Source of the DNA: Candidatus Eiseniibacteriota bacterium
GTDB taxonomy: Bacteria; Eisenbacteria; RBG-16-71-46
NCBI GenBank assembly: GCA_963707915.1
Contig: OY970178.1
Span: forward strand, 1,376,001-1,440,000
DNA length: 64,000 nucleotides
Direction: 5' to 3'
Shown here: piece by piece, positions 33,901 to 43,324 of the stretch
Layout: the number at the start of each line of letters is the position of its first letter
Position numbering within the stretch: position 1 is the stretch's first letter
The notes under the pieces: model-generated
The model's input: the letters and a program-made list of their open reading frames with translations, nothing else
What the model was told of the DNA's origin: nothing
Database searches by the model: none
Program-made: the position numbers and the translations under genes

Positions 33901-34109
33901 CGGGAGTGGAGGTTCTCGGGCTCTTCGGCCTGGGGCGGGAATTCGCGTTGAAATCGCGCGCGGAATCCGGGCGACCCGGCCAGCTCGTTCAGGCTCCGCC
34001 AGTAGGCGCGGCCGACGAGGGCGGGTCCGTCCAGCGCGCCCCTCGCCGGGGCGGCTTCCGCCGGGCGGCTTCCCGTCTCCCCTTCCCGGTCGTCGTTCAG
34101 CGGTGACAT
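30945..34109 (-). CDS. actB: Alternative complex III subunit ActB (molybdopterin-oxidoreductase-like + Fe-S), frameshifts in the 3' third
   Basis: YWRSL, Tat motif [59 protein letters not shown]. Confidence 0.95.
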   Translation of the reverse strand: MSPLNDDREGETGSRPAEAAPARGALDGPALVGRAYWRSLNELAGSPGFRARFQREFPPQAEEPENLHSRRGFLQLMGASLCLAGLAGCRWPRQNILPFAHRPENRIPGVPQQYATAMELGGVAHGLLVTSYDGRPIKVEGNSIHPISGGAADARAQASVLGLYDPDRSQTPMRRQGDERFPATWDDFTAFSGAHFSALRARDGEGLAVLGEESSSLSLAEMRARFLRLFPRARWCEWEPVSRDRERAGARIAFGRPYRVQLDLERADLIVALDSDFLYEHPAAVRHAREFARGRRAEAGRMNRLYVLESAYSITGANADHRRAVPSSQVPILARQLAAEVLDSLGTHLPVGIAPVLAGLRGSGTGAGPPFIRDLARDLVRHAGRGVVVVGPRQPAEVHAIAHLVNQVLGNAGQTVQFTMEGEGGAPGDDPGRPAPPSQLESLRSLVEEMRAGRVDTLLLLGSNPVYDAPVDLGFGEALGRVPHGIHLGLYQDETAQRVLAGSGESWHIPRAHYLESWGDARSWDGTVSVVQPLIDPLYEGKTPIELLAAITGDSLQSGYDIVRRTLEPLAGSAGFEAFWRTAVQDGILAGTALARENPPLALDRLAGALSEPAPPVPAPGKDDLEIVFCPDASAYDGRFANNGWLQETPRPLSKLTWDNAILLGPCHRGCPGHPGGRPRHPEVSRARARDGGLRDAGTGALLCHRAPRVRPHGGGSGGQRGRVRRIPAADQRGPGLRSGSDPVPDRSPVPAGLHPGPPRHRHGGPARDRPARARPGARGDAWPSTGSIRDSRANGVSIPRWSRSGRSTKYEGHRWGMAIDLTACTGCNACVVACTAENNVPVVGKERVRRGREMQWIRVDRYFVGDPEEPAVAHQPVACAHCEMAPCEQVCPVAATMHDARGPERHGVQPLHRHPLLLQQLSLQGPAVQLLQLPQGPVAPTREDGLQPRGHGAQPRGHGEVHLLRAADRGGEDRGQERAQGPPRRRDRPGLRADLPDPGHRLRRPERSGQPGLPACRALPRSYARAGRAEHQAAHAYLARLRNPGEPRDQGLR

Positions 34110-34747
34110 GTGTAGCAATCCGTCGATGGGTTGATGTCATTGAGCCGGCGCAAGCGCCGGCCCTCGGTGAGCTGATCCCCGCCCGGGCGGTAGTCCATCT
34201 GGGTCACGGCCTCGACCGGCCGGAGGTGCTTCTCCGGGCGGCGGTGGCAGTCCAGGCACCATCCCATGGTCAGGGGCTGGGCTTGATAGACCACCTCCAT
34301 CTTGTCCACCCGGCCGTGGCAGGAGACGCATCCCACGCCCCGCGTGACGTGCACGCTGTGGTTGAAGTAGGCGAAATCGGGGAGGTCGTGGACCTTGACC
34401 CACGGGATCGGCAGGCCCGAGGCGAAGCTCTCCCGGACCGGGAGCAGCTTGGGGCTCTGCGCCCGGATCTGGTAGTGGCAGTTCATGCAGGTCTGGGTCG
34501 GCGGGACGGCGGCGTATCCGGCCTTCTCCACCGTGTTGTGGCAGTAGCGGCAGTCGATCCCCAGGTCCCCTGCGTGCAGGGCGTGGCTGTAGGCCACGGG
34601 CTGCGAGGGCTGATAGCCGACGTTCGTCGTCCGGCCCGAGAGCCCGTAGACGGCCAGGACGACGACATAGAGCAGGCCCCCACCCAGCAGCACCGTGGCG
34701 AGGGGACGGATTGAATTGGTCCACTTGGGGAACAGGTAGCTCGGCAT
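34097..34747 (-). CDS. actA: Alternative complex III pentaheme cytochrome c ActA
   Basis: Five CxxCH motifs (CRYCH, CMNCH, CVSCH, CLDCH, CYTCH) and an N-terminal TM helix. Confidence 0.96.
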   Translation of the reverse strand: MPSYLFPKWTNSIRPLATVLLGGGLLYVVVLAVYGLSGRTTNVGYQPSQPVAYSHALHAGDLGIDCRYCHNTVEKAGYAAVPPTQTCMNCHYQIRAQSPKLLPVRESFASGLPIPWVKVHDLPDFAYFNHSVHVTRGVGCVSCHGRVDKMEVVYQAQPLTMGWCLDCHRRPEKHLRPVEAVTQMDYRPGGDQLTEGRRLRRLNDINPSTDCYTCHR

Positions 34748-34908
34748 CTCCCGGTATCTTCGCCGCTCGTGGCCGCGAGCGGCGCAAGCAATCCCACTTC
34801 CCATCGGGGAACACGTTCTCGCTCCGAGGCCCGCCCGTTCGGCGGCCGCGACGAATCCACGGCCCCGGACCCGAACACGGCCCGGGAGGGCCTACCCGTT
34901 GCGGGCGG

Positions 34909-34917
34909 AGCCTAGCA
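34909..34917 (-). promoter_or_regulatory. Putative extended -10 promoter of the act-cox operon
   Basis: TGCTAGGCT about 160 nt upstream of actA. Confidence 0.35.
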
Positions 34918-35221
34918 CCGGGCTCGGGGCCTATCCACTAGGAATGTCCGTAGCTCGGGGCGACGCCCGCCGCGGTTCCCGCCGGTGCGGGTTGGTGCGT
35001 GGAAGCCCCGGCGTTCGTCTGCCCCAGAGCACGGGAGCCCCAGCTCCACTGGCCTCGCGTCGCCACAACGCCCGGCCACGGCGTGGGCGCGGACATCGCC
35101 GGGAGCAGTCCCGCGCGTACGGAGGCGAATGCCAGCTTCGCCGCGTGTCCGGACCGGAGTACGATCATGGGACAGTCCTCCTGTGGCCCAGCACCTTCGC
35201 ACCTGAACGGGGGTCGTCGAC

Positions 35222-36910
35222 ATGCGCGTCCCGACACGGATCCGCGGCTTCATCGCGGCGCTCGGCCTTGCCTGCGTCCTCGCCACCCCCGCTCTCGCCG
35301 ACTGGTCCGAGCAGGGCGTGGCGCTCGGGACCCTGTCGCACCCGTTCAGCTACGATCGCGCGACGCTGATGCACGACACCGGCGGGGCGTTCTTCGTGTG
35401 GCTGCCGTACTGCTTCGGGCCGCAACTCCTGCACCTCGATGCGGAGCAGACGAACGCATGGTTGTTCGGGTCACCCCTGTCCGGCGTGTCCACGGCCTGT
35501 GCCTGGGGCCCCGCCGTGGCACTCGACGGAAGCGGGGGCCTGTTCGTGCTCGAGGCATCGCCCTCGACCCGGCTCCACCACGTGCAGTCGTCAGGGTCGC
35601 AGGACTGGGGTGACCCGGCGAATGGGCTCTGGTTGTACGAGGGCAGCCTGGGTGTGGACCTGGTCGCTGACGGGAGTGGCGGCGCATGGGGCGCGTGGAA
35701 CGCGGCCGGGGGCGTGCGGCTGCAGCACTGGCTGGCAGGCGGCGTGGTGGCTCCCGGGTGGGGCCCGGCGGGGCGGCTGTTCCCTGGCGGCATGCTCCCG
35801 GCGCTCGCCAGCGACGGCACGGGCGGCGTCCTGCTCTTCTTCGGCACCACGTCCGACCACCACGCGCACGTGACGCGCGTGCAGGCGGATACCACGATCG
35901 CCCCGGGCTGGACGGCGGCGGGGCTCGTGCTCGGCGACTTCTCCGTCGAGGCGATCTTCGGCTTCCACGTCGTGCTCCTGCCGTCGGGCGGTGAGCGCTG
36001 GATCGCGATCTGGCCGCGCAGCGGCAACCCCACCTGCAAGTCGGCATGGGCCAGGCGCTTCCACTCCGACGGCACGCTCGATCCGGCGTGGTCCGGCGGC
36101 GCTCCGCTGCCCCTGGTGACGCGAGTGGAGGATGATTCGTACCCGGGCTCCATGGGAACGCGCACCCCACCCGCCACGTTCTCGGACGGCGCGGGCGGCT
36201 TCCATCACGTGTGGGCGGACACGGCGACCGGGATGCCGCGCTGGTTGCACGTCGGGGCCAGCGGCTACGCGCCGGGCTTCGGCTCGAACGGCATCTCCCC
36301 GCTGCGCACCGGGGACGCGCTCGCCAGCTACGGCAACTTCGTGGCCGCGCCCTCGGACAACGGGGGCCTCGTGTTCGCGTGGGACGACGTCGCGGCCGGC
36401 CGCGCGCCGGGGGTCCGCCTGCGCTGGCTGATGCCCGACGGCACCGACGACCCCGCCGCGCCCGACACGGGCCGGGTGATCCCGGGCACCGACTCCCTGT
36501 CGCACGTCTGGGGGCTCGACGCGGATGGCCTCGGGGGCGTGTTCCCGCTGTGGTCGACCCAGGGACCGTACTCCGGAGACAAGACCTTCCTCATGAACCA
36601 CATGGGTCGCGCGCCCTACGCGGCGGACGTGCCGCCGCCCGCGCGCGTGCCGGCGCTCACACTGGCGGCGCCGCGGCCGACGCCCACGCGCGGCGCGCTC
36701 GACGTGCGCTGCACGCTGGCGGGCCGGGCCCCCGCGACGCTCACCCTGTTCGACGTGAACGGGCGGCGGCTGCGGGAGGTCACGCTGCAGGGTGCGGGCG
36801 ACCACGTGGCGCGCCTCGACCCGCGGGGCGACCTGCCGACGGGCGTCTACCTGCTGCGGCTGACGCAGGGTCGCGAGTCGTGCACGACGCGGGCGGTAGT
36901 GCTTCGCTGA
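35222..36910 (+). CDS. Secreted DGxGG-repeat protein with C-terminal T9SS/FlgD-Ig-like domain
   Basis: Signal peptide (..ATPALA), about 6 DG[SATL]GG repeats, C-terminus P.PTRG...LFDVNGRRL...GVYLLRL. Confidence 0.75.
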   Translation: MRVPTRIRGFIAALGLACVLATPALADWSEQGVALGTLSHPFSYDRATLMHDTGGAFFVWLPYCFGPQLLHLDAEQTNAWLFGSPLSGVSTACAWGPAVALDGSGGLFVLEASPSTRLHHVQSSGSQDWGDPANGLWLYEGSLGVDLVADGSGGAWGAWNAAGGVRLQHWLAGGVVAPGWGPAGRLFPGGMLPALASDGTGGVLLFFGTTSDHHAHVTRVQADTTIAPGWTAAGLVLGDFSVEAIFGFHVVLLPSGGERWIAIWPRSGNPTCKSAWARRFHSDGTLDPAWSGGAPLPLVTRVEDDSYPGSMGTRTPPATFSDGAGGFHHVWADTATGMPRWLHVGASGYAPGFGSNGISPLRTGDALASYGNFVAAPSDNGGLVFAWDDVAAGRAPGVRLRWLMPDGTDDPAAPDTGRVIPGTDSLSHVWGLDADGLGGVFPLWSTQGPYSGDKTFLMNHMGRAPYAADVPPPARVPALTLAAPRPTPTRGALDVRCTLAGRAPATLTLFDVNGRRLREVTLQGAGDHVARLDPRGDLPTGVYLLRLTQGRESCTTRAVVLR

Positions 36911-36962
36911 GGGCGGCGCTCGCGTTCCCCCCAAGCCACGTCGCGTCGAGTGGCGGGTTCCC

Positions 36963-37991
36963 CTACACCACCAGCATCGCGTCGCCGTACGAGTAGAAGC
37001 GGTAGCGCTCCGCCACGGCGTGCGCGTAGGCGCGGCGCAGCAGGTCCTCGCCGGCCAGAGCGGCCACCAGCAGCAGCAGGGTGGTGCGCGGCAGGTGGAA
37101 GTTGGTGAGCAGGGCGTCCACCGCGCGGAACTCGTAGGGCGGCAGGATGAACTTGCGCGTCCAGCCGCGCGCGGCGGCGAGCTTCCCCGCGTTCGCGTCG
37201 CAGGCCGACTCGAGCGCGCGCACCGCGGTGGTGCCCACCGCCACGATACGCCCGCCCCGGGCCCGTGCCGCCCCGAGCGCCGCGGCGGCCGCGTCGTTCA
37301 CCTCGAACCACTCCTCGTCCATCGCGTGCTCGCGCGGGTCCGCAGCCGAGATCGGGCGGAAGGTCCCCGGCCCGACGTGCAGCAGCAGCGGCACGGTCGC
37401 CACGCCCTGCGCGGCGAGCGAGTCGAGCAGCGGCCGGCTGAAGTGGAGTCCCGCGGTGGGCGCGGCGACCGCGCCATCCACGCGCGCGAAGACGGTCTGG
37501 TAGCGCTCGCGGTCGCCGGGATCGGGCGGCCGGTGGATGTAGGGCGGCAGCGGCACGCGGCCGTGGGCCTCGAGCGCCCGGTCGAGATCGCCGGCCACGA
37601 CGCGCACCACGCGCTCGCCCTCGGCCCCGATCTCGACCACTTCGAGCGCCAGGTCGCCGGCCGCGGTCGTCAGCACCTCCCCGGGCGGGGCCTTCTTCGC
37701 GGGCTTCGCCAGCACGCGCCACCGCCCGCCGGGCTCGGGGCGCACGACCAGCAGCTCGACGTGGCCGCCGCTCGCGCGCCGCACGTCGATCCGCGCGGGC
37801 CGCACGCGGGTCTCGTTCAGGGCGAGCGCGTCGCCGGGCCCGAGCCAGCGCGCCAGCTCCGCGATGGCCGAGTCGTGCAGCGCGCCGGTCGCGCGTTCGA
37901 CCACCAGCAGGCGCGCGTCCTCGCGGCGCGCGGCCGGGTGCTGCGCGATCAGCTCGGACGGCAGGTCGTAGTCGAGGTCTTCGAGGCGCAC
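36963..37991 (-). CDS. queA: SAM:tRNA ribosyltransferase-isomerase
   Basis: PLPPYI, RYQTVFA, AAPTAGLHF, LHVGPGTF, TNFHLP, YRFYSYGDAM. Confidence 0.98.
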   Translation of the reverse strand: MRLEDLDYDLPSELIAQHPAARREDARLLVVERATGALHDSAIAELARWLGPGDALALNETRVRPARIDVRRASGGHVELLVVRPEPGGRWRVLAKPAKKAPPGEVLTTAAGDLALEVVEIGAEGERVVRVVAGDLDRALEAHGRVPLPPYIHRPPDPGDRERYQTVFARVDGAVAAPTAGLHFSRPLLDSLAAQGVATVPLLLHVGPGTFRPISAADPREHAMDEEWFEVNDAAAAALGAARARGGRIVAVGTTAVRALESACDANAGKLAAARGWTRKFILPPYEFRAVDALLTNFHLPRTTLLLLVAALAGEDLLRRAYAHAVAERYRFYSYGDAMLVV

Positions 37992-38025
37992 GGAGAGGCT
38001 CTCGCTGGGGAAGGGGCGCCCGGGA

Positions 38026-39114
38026 TCAGGAGAGCGGAAGCTCGGGCTGGCTCTCGCCCGGGCCGGCGGCGTCGCCGGGCGGCTTGATGCCGAGGTGCTC
38101 GTAGGCCAGCGCGGTGGCCTCGCGCCCGCGGGGCGTGCGCTTGAGGAAGCCCTCCTGGATGAGGAACGGCTCGTAGACCTCCTCCAGCGTCCCGGCCTCC
38201 TCCCCCACGACGACCGCGAGCGTGCCCAGTCCGACCGGCCCGCCGCCGTACTTGTGGATCAGCGCCTCGAGCAGGCGACGGTCCATCTCGTCCAGCCCGC
38301 GCTCGTCCACCGCGAGCATCTCCAGCGCCTCGCGCGTCACGGGCAGCGTCACCTTCGCGTCGGCCCGCACCAGCGCGAAGTCGCGCACGCGCCGCAGCAG
38401 GCGGTTCGCCACGCGGGGCGTGCCGCGCGCGCGGCGGGCGATCTCGCGGGCGGCGTCGGCGTCGGTCTCGACCTTGAGGATGCCGGCCGAGCGCCGCACG
38501 ATGCTGGCCAGGTCGTCGACGCCGTAGTAGTCGAGCCGCATGGTGACGCCGAAGCGGGCGCGCAGCGGCGCGGAGAGCAGGCCGGAGCGCGTGGTGGCGC
38601 CGACCAGCGTGAAGGGCTCGAGGTTGAACTTCACCGAGCGGGCGCTGGGGCCGCGGTCCAGCATGATGTCGATGGTGAAGTCCTCGAGCGCCGGGTAGAG
38701 GTACTCCTCGACCACCGGGCTCATGCGGTGGATCTCGTCCACGAACAGGATGCCGCGCGGCCGCACGTTCGTGAGCAGCCCGGCCAGGTCGGCGGGCCGC
38801 TCGATCACCGGCCCCGAGGTGTGCGAGATCTCGACCCCCAGCTCGTGCGCCAGGATCGACGCCAGCGTGGTCTTGCCCAGCCCCGGGGGCCCGTGGAACA
38901 GCACGTGGTCGAGCGCCTCGCCGCGGCGCTTCGCGGCCTCGATGAAGATGCGCAGTTGCTCCTTCAGGCCCGGCTGCCCGACGAAGTCGTCGAGCACCAG
39001 CGGGCGCAGTCGCTGTTCCTCCTGCAGGTCCTCGGGCAGCACGGCGGGATCGGCGATGCGGTCCTGGTGCGGGACCGCCACCGGGGGTGGCGTACGGCTT
39101 TCGCGCGGGCTCAC
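38026..39114 (-). CDS. ruvB: Holliday junction helicase RuvB
   Basis: [40 protein letters not shown] start at 39114. Confidence 0.98.
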   Translation of the reverse strand: MSPRESRTPPPVAVPHQDRIADPAVLPEDLQEEQRLRPLVLDDFVGQPGLKEQLRIFIEAAKRRGEALDHVLFHGPPGLGKTTLASILAHELGVEISHTSGPVIERPADLAGLLTNVRPRGILFVDEIHRMSPVVEEYLYPALEDFTIDIMLDRGPSARSVKFNLEPFTLVGATTRSGLLSAPLRARFGVTMRLDYYGVDDLASIVRRSAGILKVETDADAAREIARRARGTPRVANRLLRRVRDFALVRADAKVTLPVTREALEMLAVDERGLDEMDRRLLEALIHKYGGGPVGLGTLAVVVGEEAGTLEEVYEPFLIQEGFLKRTPRGREATALAYEHLGIKPPGDAAGPGESQPELPLS

Positions 39115-39743
39115 GGCTTCTCCTTGCCGGCCGCCGACCGGCCCAGGAGGGCGAGGGCACGGCGGATCAGCTCGTTGACCGACAGCGACTCGTCGGTGCC
39201 CGCGGCGCGTCGCACCGCCTCCTGGGCCTCCCCGGCGCCGCACCCGAGGGTGCGCAGCGCCGCGACGGCGTCGTTCCAGCGCTCGGAGCGCGGCAGCACG
39301 CCACCCTCGGCCGCGGGCTCCGCACCGCCCGCCACCGGGAGCGCCTCGAGCTTGTCCCGCAGCTCCACCACCAGCCGCTCGGCGGTCTTCTTGCCGATGC
39401 CGGGCACGCTGGTGAGCATCCCCACCTGCTCCTCGCGGATGGCGCGGCGCAGCGCCGGCGGCCGCAGCCCCGAGAGCACCGCGAGCGCGAGCCGCGGGCC
39501 CACGCCGCTCACGCCGATCATCAGGTCGAAGAGCTCGAGCTCTTCCGGCTCGGCGAAGCCGAACAGCAGGAGCGCGTCCTCGCGCACGATCTGGCGCGTG
39601 CGCAGGAACACCGGCTGGCCCGCCGCCGGCAGTCCCGCGGCGGTGTGGCTCGAGACCTGGACCAGGTAGCCGACCCCGCCGGCCTCCAGCACGCAGGCGC
39701 CCGGCGTCCGCTCGAGCAGGGTGCCGCGCAGCGCGGCGATCAT
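39111..39743 (-). CDS. ruvA: Holliday junction binding protein RuvA
   Basis: [38 protein letters not shown]. Confidence 0.97.
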   Translation of the reverse strand: MIAALRGTLLERTPGACVLEAGGVGYLVQVSSHTAAGLPAAGQPVFLRTRQIVREDALLLFGFAEPEELELFDLMIGVSGVGPRLALAVLSGLRPPALRRAIREEQVGMLTSVPGIGKKTAERLVVELRDKLEALPVAGGAEPAAEGGVLPRSERWNDAVAALRTLGCGAGEAQEAVRRAAGTDESLSVNELIRRALALLGRSAAGKEKP

Positions 39744-40282
39744 CGCTTCGCCCGGCCCTGGAGCAGCGCTTCGAGACTCCGCGCCGCGGCCGTCATGGCG
39801 CGCGCGGGTTCGCTGCGGCGGGCGCGCTGCAGGTGGCAGATGGCGGCGCCGAGCGCGTCGGAGGCGTCGGACGCGAGGGCGCCCTTCAGGCCGAGCAGGC
39901 GGCGCACCATGAAGGCGACCTGGTCCTTGGAGGCCGCGCCCGAGCCGGTGACGCTCAGCTTGATCTCGCGCGGGCTGTACTCGGCGATCGCCAGGCCGCG
40001 CTGCACCGCGGCCACCAGCAGGGCGCCCCGGACGTGGCCCAGCACCAGGGTCGAGCGCACGCTCTCGTGGTAGAACGCCTCTTCGATGACGACCGCGTCG
40101 GGCTGCTGCTCCTCCATGACCTCGCCGGCGCGCACGGCGATGGCGTGCAGGCGGTGGGCCAGGTCGAGGCGGGCCGGCGGGGCGAACACCCCGTGCGCGA
40201 GCGCGCGGAACGCGCCGCCGTCGCGCTCGACCACACCGTAGCCCGTCCGCCGGCTGCCGGGGTCGAGGCCCAGCACCTTCAT
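39740..40282 (-). CDS. ruvC: Holliday junction resolvase RuvC
   Basis: [35 protein letters not shown]. Confidence 0.97.
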   Translation of the reverse strand: MKVLGLDPGSRRTGYGVVERDGGAFRALAHGVFAPPARLDLAHRLHAIAVRAGEVMEEQQPDAVVIEEAFYHESVRSTLVLGHVRGALLVAAVQRGLAIAEYSPREIKLSVTGSGAASKDQVAFMVRRLLGLKGALASDASDALGAAICHLQRARRSEPARAMTAAARSLEALLQGRAKR

Positions 40283-40316
40283 GGCCTCCGTCCCCTCCCT
40301 GACTCCGCGCCGGGGG

Positions 40317-41063
40317 TCAGCGCGAGAGCTTCGCCATCAACTCGTCGGACATGCTGAAGTTGGCGTAGACCTTCTGCACGTCATCCTGGTCTTCGAGCAG
40401 GTCCACCAGCTTCAGCAGCGCCTCGGCATGCTTGTCGCTGACCGGGACCAGCTGGCTGGCGATCTTGGTGAGCTCGGCGCTCTGGGTCGGCACCGACTTC
40501 GCCGCCAGCGCCTCCTTGACCGGCTCGAGGTGCGAGGGCGGGGTCAGGATCTCGTAGGTGTCGCCCTCGCTGACCACGTCGTCGGCGCCGGCCTCCAGCA
40601 CGAGCTCCATCAGGGCTTCCTCGCCCATCGCCGCCTTGTCCACGATGATCACGCCGCGCGGCTTGAAGAGGTAGGAGACGCTGCCGGCCTCCCCCAGCGC
40701 CGAGCCGAGCTTGGTGAAGATGTTGCGGATCTCGCCCGCGGTGCGGTTGCGGTTGTCGGTCGCCACCTCGACGAGCACGGCCACGCCGCCCGGCCCGTAC
40801 CCCTCGTACTGGGTCTCCTCGAAGTGCACGCCCTCTTCCAGGCCGGCCCCGCGGGCGATGGCGCGCTCGATGTTGTTCGCCGGCATGTTGACCGACTTCG
40901 CCCCCGCGATCGCGGTGCGCAGCCGCGGATTCATGTTCGGGTCGGGGCCGCCCCGGGCCGCGAGCGTGATCTCCTTGATGTACTTGGAGAACACCTTGCC
41001 GCGGGCCTGGTCGGTGGCGCCCTTCTTACGCTTGATCGTCGCCCATTTTGAGTGGCCGGACAT
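40317..41063 (-). CDS. yebC: YebC/PmpR family protein
   Basis: MSGHSKWATIKRKK, YEGYGPGG, TDNRNRT, DDVQKVYAN. Confidence 0.97.
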   Translation of the reverse strand: MSGHSKWATIKRKKGATDQARGKVFSKYIKEITLAARGGPDPNMNPRLRTAIAGAKSVNMPANNIERAIARGAGLEEGVHFEETQYEGYGPGGVAVLVEVATDNRNRTAGEIRNIFTKLGSALGEAGSVSYLFKPRGVIIVDKAAMGEEALMELVLEAGADDVVSEGDTYEILTPPSHLEPVKEALAAKSVPTQSAELTKIASQLVPVSDKHAEALLKLVDLLEDQDDVQKVYANFSMSDELMAKLSR

Positions 41064-41081
41064 GGCTTCCGGGAGCAGCGC

Positions 41082-43178
41082 CTAGCCGGCGCTCGCTCCT
41101 GCCTCCTTCTCGGCTCGCGCCGCGGCGATGACCTTCTCGGTCAGCTCGCGCGGCACTTCCTCGTAGTGAGAGAACTTGGCCGAGTGCATGCCCCGGCCCT
41201 GCGTGAGCGAACGCAGATGCGTCGCGTACTTGTAGATCTCCGAGGTCGGCGCCAGGGCCCGGATGACCTGGTGGGCGGCGTCCGACTCGGTGCCGAGGAT
41301 CTTGCCGCGCCGCGAGGAGAGGTCGCCCATCACGTCACCGAGGAACTCCTCGGGCACGCGGACGGCGATCTCCTCGATCGGCTCGAGCAGGATCGGGTTG
41401 GCCTCCAGCATGACCTGGTGGAAGCAGGTCTCGGCGGCGATCTTGAACGCCATCTCCGACGAGTCCACGTCGTGGTGCTTGCCGAAGTAGAGCGCGACCG
41501 CGACGTCCACGACCGGGTAGCCGGCGACCGGGCCCTTCTCCATGCCGGCGATGACGCCCTTCTCGACCGCGGGAATGAACTGGTTGGGCACCACGCCGCC
41601 CTTGACCTCGTCGAGGAAGGCGAAGCCCTCGCTGCGCTTGCGCGGCTCGACCCGCAGGTGCACCTCGCCGAACTGGCCCCGCCCGCCGGTCTGCTTCTTG
41701 TGCCGGTACTCGCCCTTGGCCGTGCCCCGCACGGTCTCGCGGTAGGGCACGCGCGGCCGCTGCAGCAGGACCTCGACACCGAAGCGCTTCTTGAGCCGGT
41801 CCACCATGACGTCGAACTGCAGGTCCCCCATGCCGGTGACGAGCGTCTCCTTGGTGCTGACCTCGTAGGCCCGGCTGAAGGTGGGGTCCTCCTCGTGCAG
41901 GCGGTTGAGCCCCTGCGCCATCTTCTCCTCGTCCCCCTTGCTCTTGGGCCGCACGCACTCCGCGGTCACCGGGGTCGGGAAGTCGGGCGGCGCGAGCAGG
42001 ACCGGCCGCGCCTTGTCGGCCAGCGTGTCGCCGGTGTGCGTCTCGCGCAGCTTCACCGCGGCCACGATGTCGCCGGCCGGCGCGCTCTTGCACTCGAGGC
42101 GCTCCTTGCCCACCAGGTAGTAGAGCGTGCCGGTCTTCTCCGACCGGTTGCGCGTCGTGTTCGCGAGCTCCTTGCCGGCCTCGAGGTGCCCGGAGTAGAC
42201 GCGCACCAGCGAGAGGTCGCCGAGGTGCTGCTCGGAGAGCGTCTTGAACACCATCGTCGCCACCGGCTCGGCCGCGTCCGTCTTGCAGACGACCTCCGCG
42301 CCGTTCGCCGTGCCCTTCACCGGCGCCACGTCGAGCGGCGAGGGCAGCAGGTCCACGACCTCGTCGAGCAGCTCGCGCACGCCCTGGTTGTGGTAGGCCC
42401 CGCAGCAGAACACCGGCGAGAGGTCGCGCTGGACCACGCGCAGCGTGAGGCCCCGGCGGATCTCCTCGACGGTGAGCTCACCGGTCTCGAGGAACTTGTT
42501 CATCAGCCCCTCGTCGCCGGTGGCGGCCTCCTCGAGCAGGTGGGTGCGGGCCGCGGCGACCTCGCTCGCCATGTCGCCGGGGATGGGCGCGGCCTCGCTC
42601 TTCTCCTCCATGCCCTTGCCGGAGAAGGTCCACGCCTTGTTCTCGATCAGGTCCACGATGCCGTGGAAGCTCTCGGCCTGGCCGATCGGGAGCTGGACCG
42701 GCACCGCGTTGATGCCGAGCTTCTCGCGCAGCGAACGCACCGCCGCGCCGAAGTCGGCGTGCTCCTTGTCCATCATGTTGACCGCGACCAGGACCGGGGT
42801 CTTCTCCTGGCGCACCACCTCCCAGACCACCTCGGTGCCCACCTCGACGCCGCTCGCCCCGCGCACCAGGAGGATGGCGGAGTCGGCCACGCGCAGCGCG
42901 CTGTAGACGTCGCCCACGAAGTCGGGGTAGCCCGGGGTGTCGAGCAGGTTGATCTTGTGCCCCTGCCACTCGAACTGCGCCAGCTTGAGGTTGATGGTGA
43001 TCTGGCGCTGGAGCTCGTCGGCGGCGTAGTCGAGCAGCGTGGTCCCGTCCGCGACGCGGCCGAGCCGGGTGGTCGCTTTCGCGTTGAACAGCATCGCCTC
43101 GGCCAGCGACGTCTTGCCGACACCGTGGTGCGAGACCAGAGCGACATTGCGGATCTGAGCGGTGGTGAACTCCTTCAA
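41082..43178 (-). CDS. fusA: Elongation factor G paralog (EF-G2-like)
   Basis: TTG start; SHHGVGKT, DTPGYPDF, KQTGGRGQFG, DVDSSEMAF; stand-alone, not in an str operon. Confidence 0.92.
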   Translation of the reverse strand: MKEFTTAQIRNVALVSHHGVGKTSLAEAMLFNAKATTRLGRVADGTTLLDYAADELQRQITINLKLAQFEWQGHKINLLDTPGYPDFVGDVYSALRVADSAILLVRGASGVEVGTEVVWEVVRQEKTPVLVAVNMMDKEHADFGAAVRSLREKLGINAVPVQLPIGQAESFHGIVDLIENKAWTFSGKGMEEKSEAAPIPGDMASEVAAARTHLLEEAATGDEGLMNKFLETGELTVEEIRRGLTLRVVQRDLSPVFCCGAYHNQGVRELLDEVVDLLPSPLDVAPVKGTANGAEVVCKTDAAEPVATMVFKTLSEQHLGDLSLVRVYSGHLEAGKELANTTRNRSEKTGTLYYLVGKERLECKSAPAGDIVAAVKLRETHTGDTLADKARPVLLAPPDFPTPVTAECVRPKSKGDEEKMAQGLNRLHEEDPTFSRAYEVSTKETLVTGMGDLQFDVMVDRLKKRFGVEVLLQRPRVPYRETVRGTAKGEYRHKKQTGGRGQFGEVHLRVEPRKRSEGFAFLDEVKGGVVPNQFIPAVEKGVIAGMEKGPVAGYPVVDVAVALYFGKHHDVDSSEMAFKIAAETCFHQVMLEANPILLEPIEEIAVRVPEEFLGDVMGDLSSRRGKILGTESDAAHQVIRALAPTSEIYKYATHLRSLTQGRGMHSAKFSHYEEVPRELTEKVIAAARAEKEAGASAG

Positions 43179-43324
43179 ACGACACCTCCCCGCCAGCGCG
43201 GATCGTGCGGCAATCGTGGGAACTTGCTCGGAGGGAAATGCAAGCCGTGTTGACCGTAAGGCTTTGCGGCGATGGAAACTACCATCCCGTTCGAGAACCG
43301 GTCAAGCGCGCGCGGGCCGCGCGC

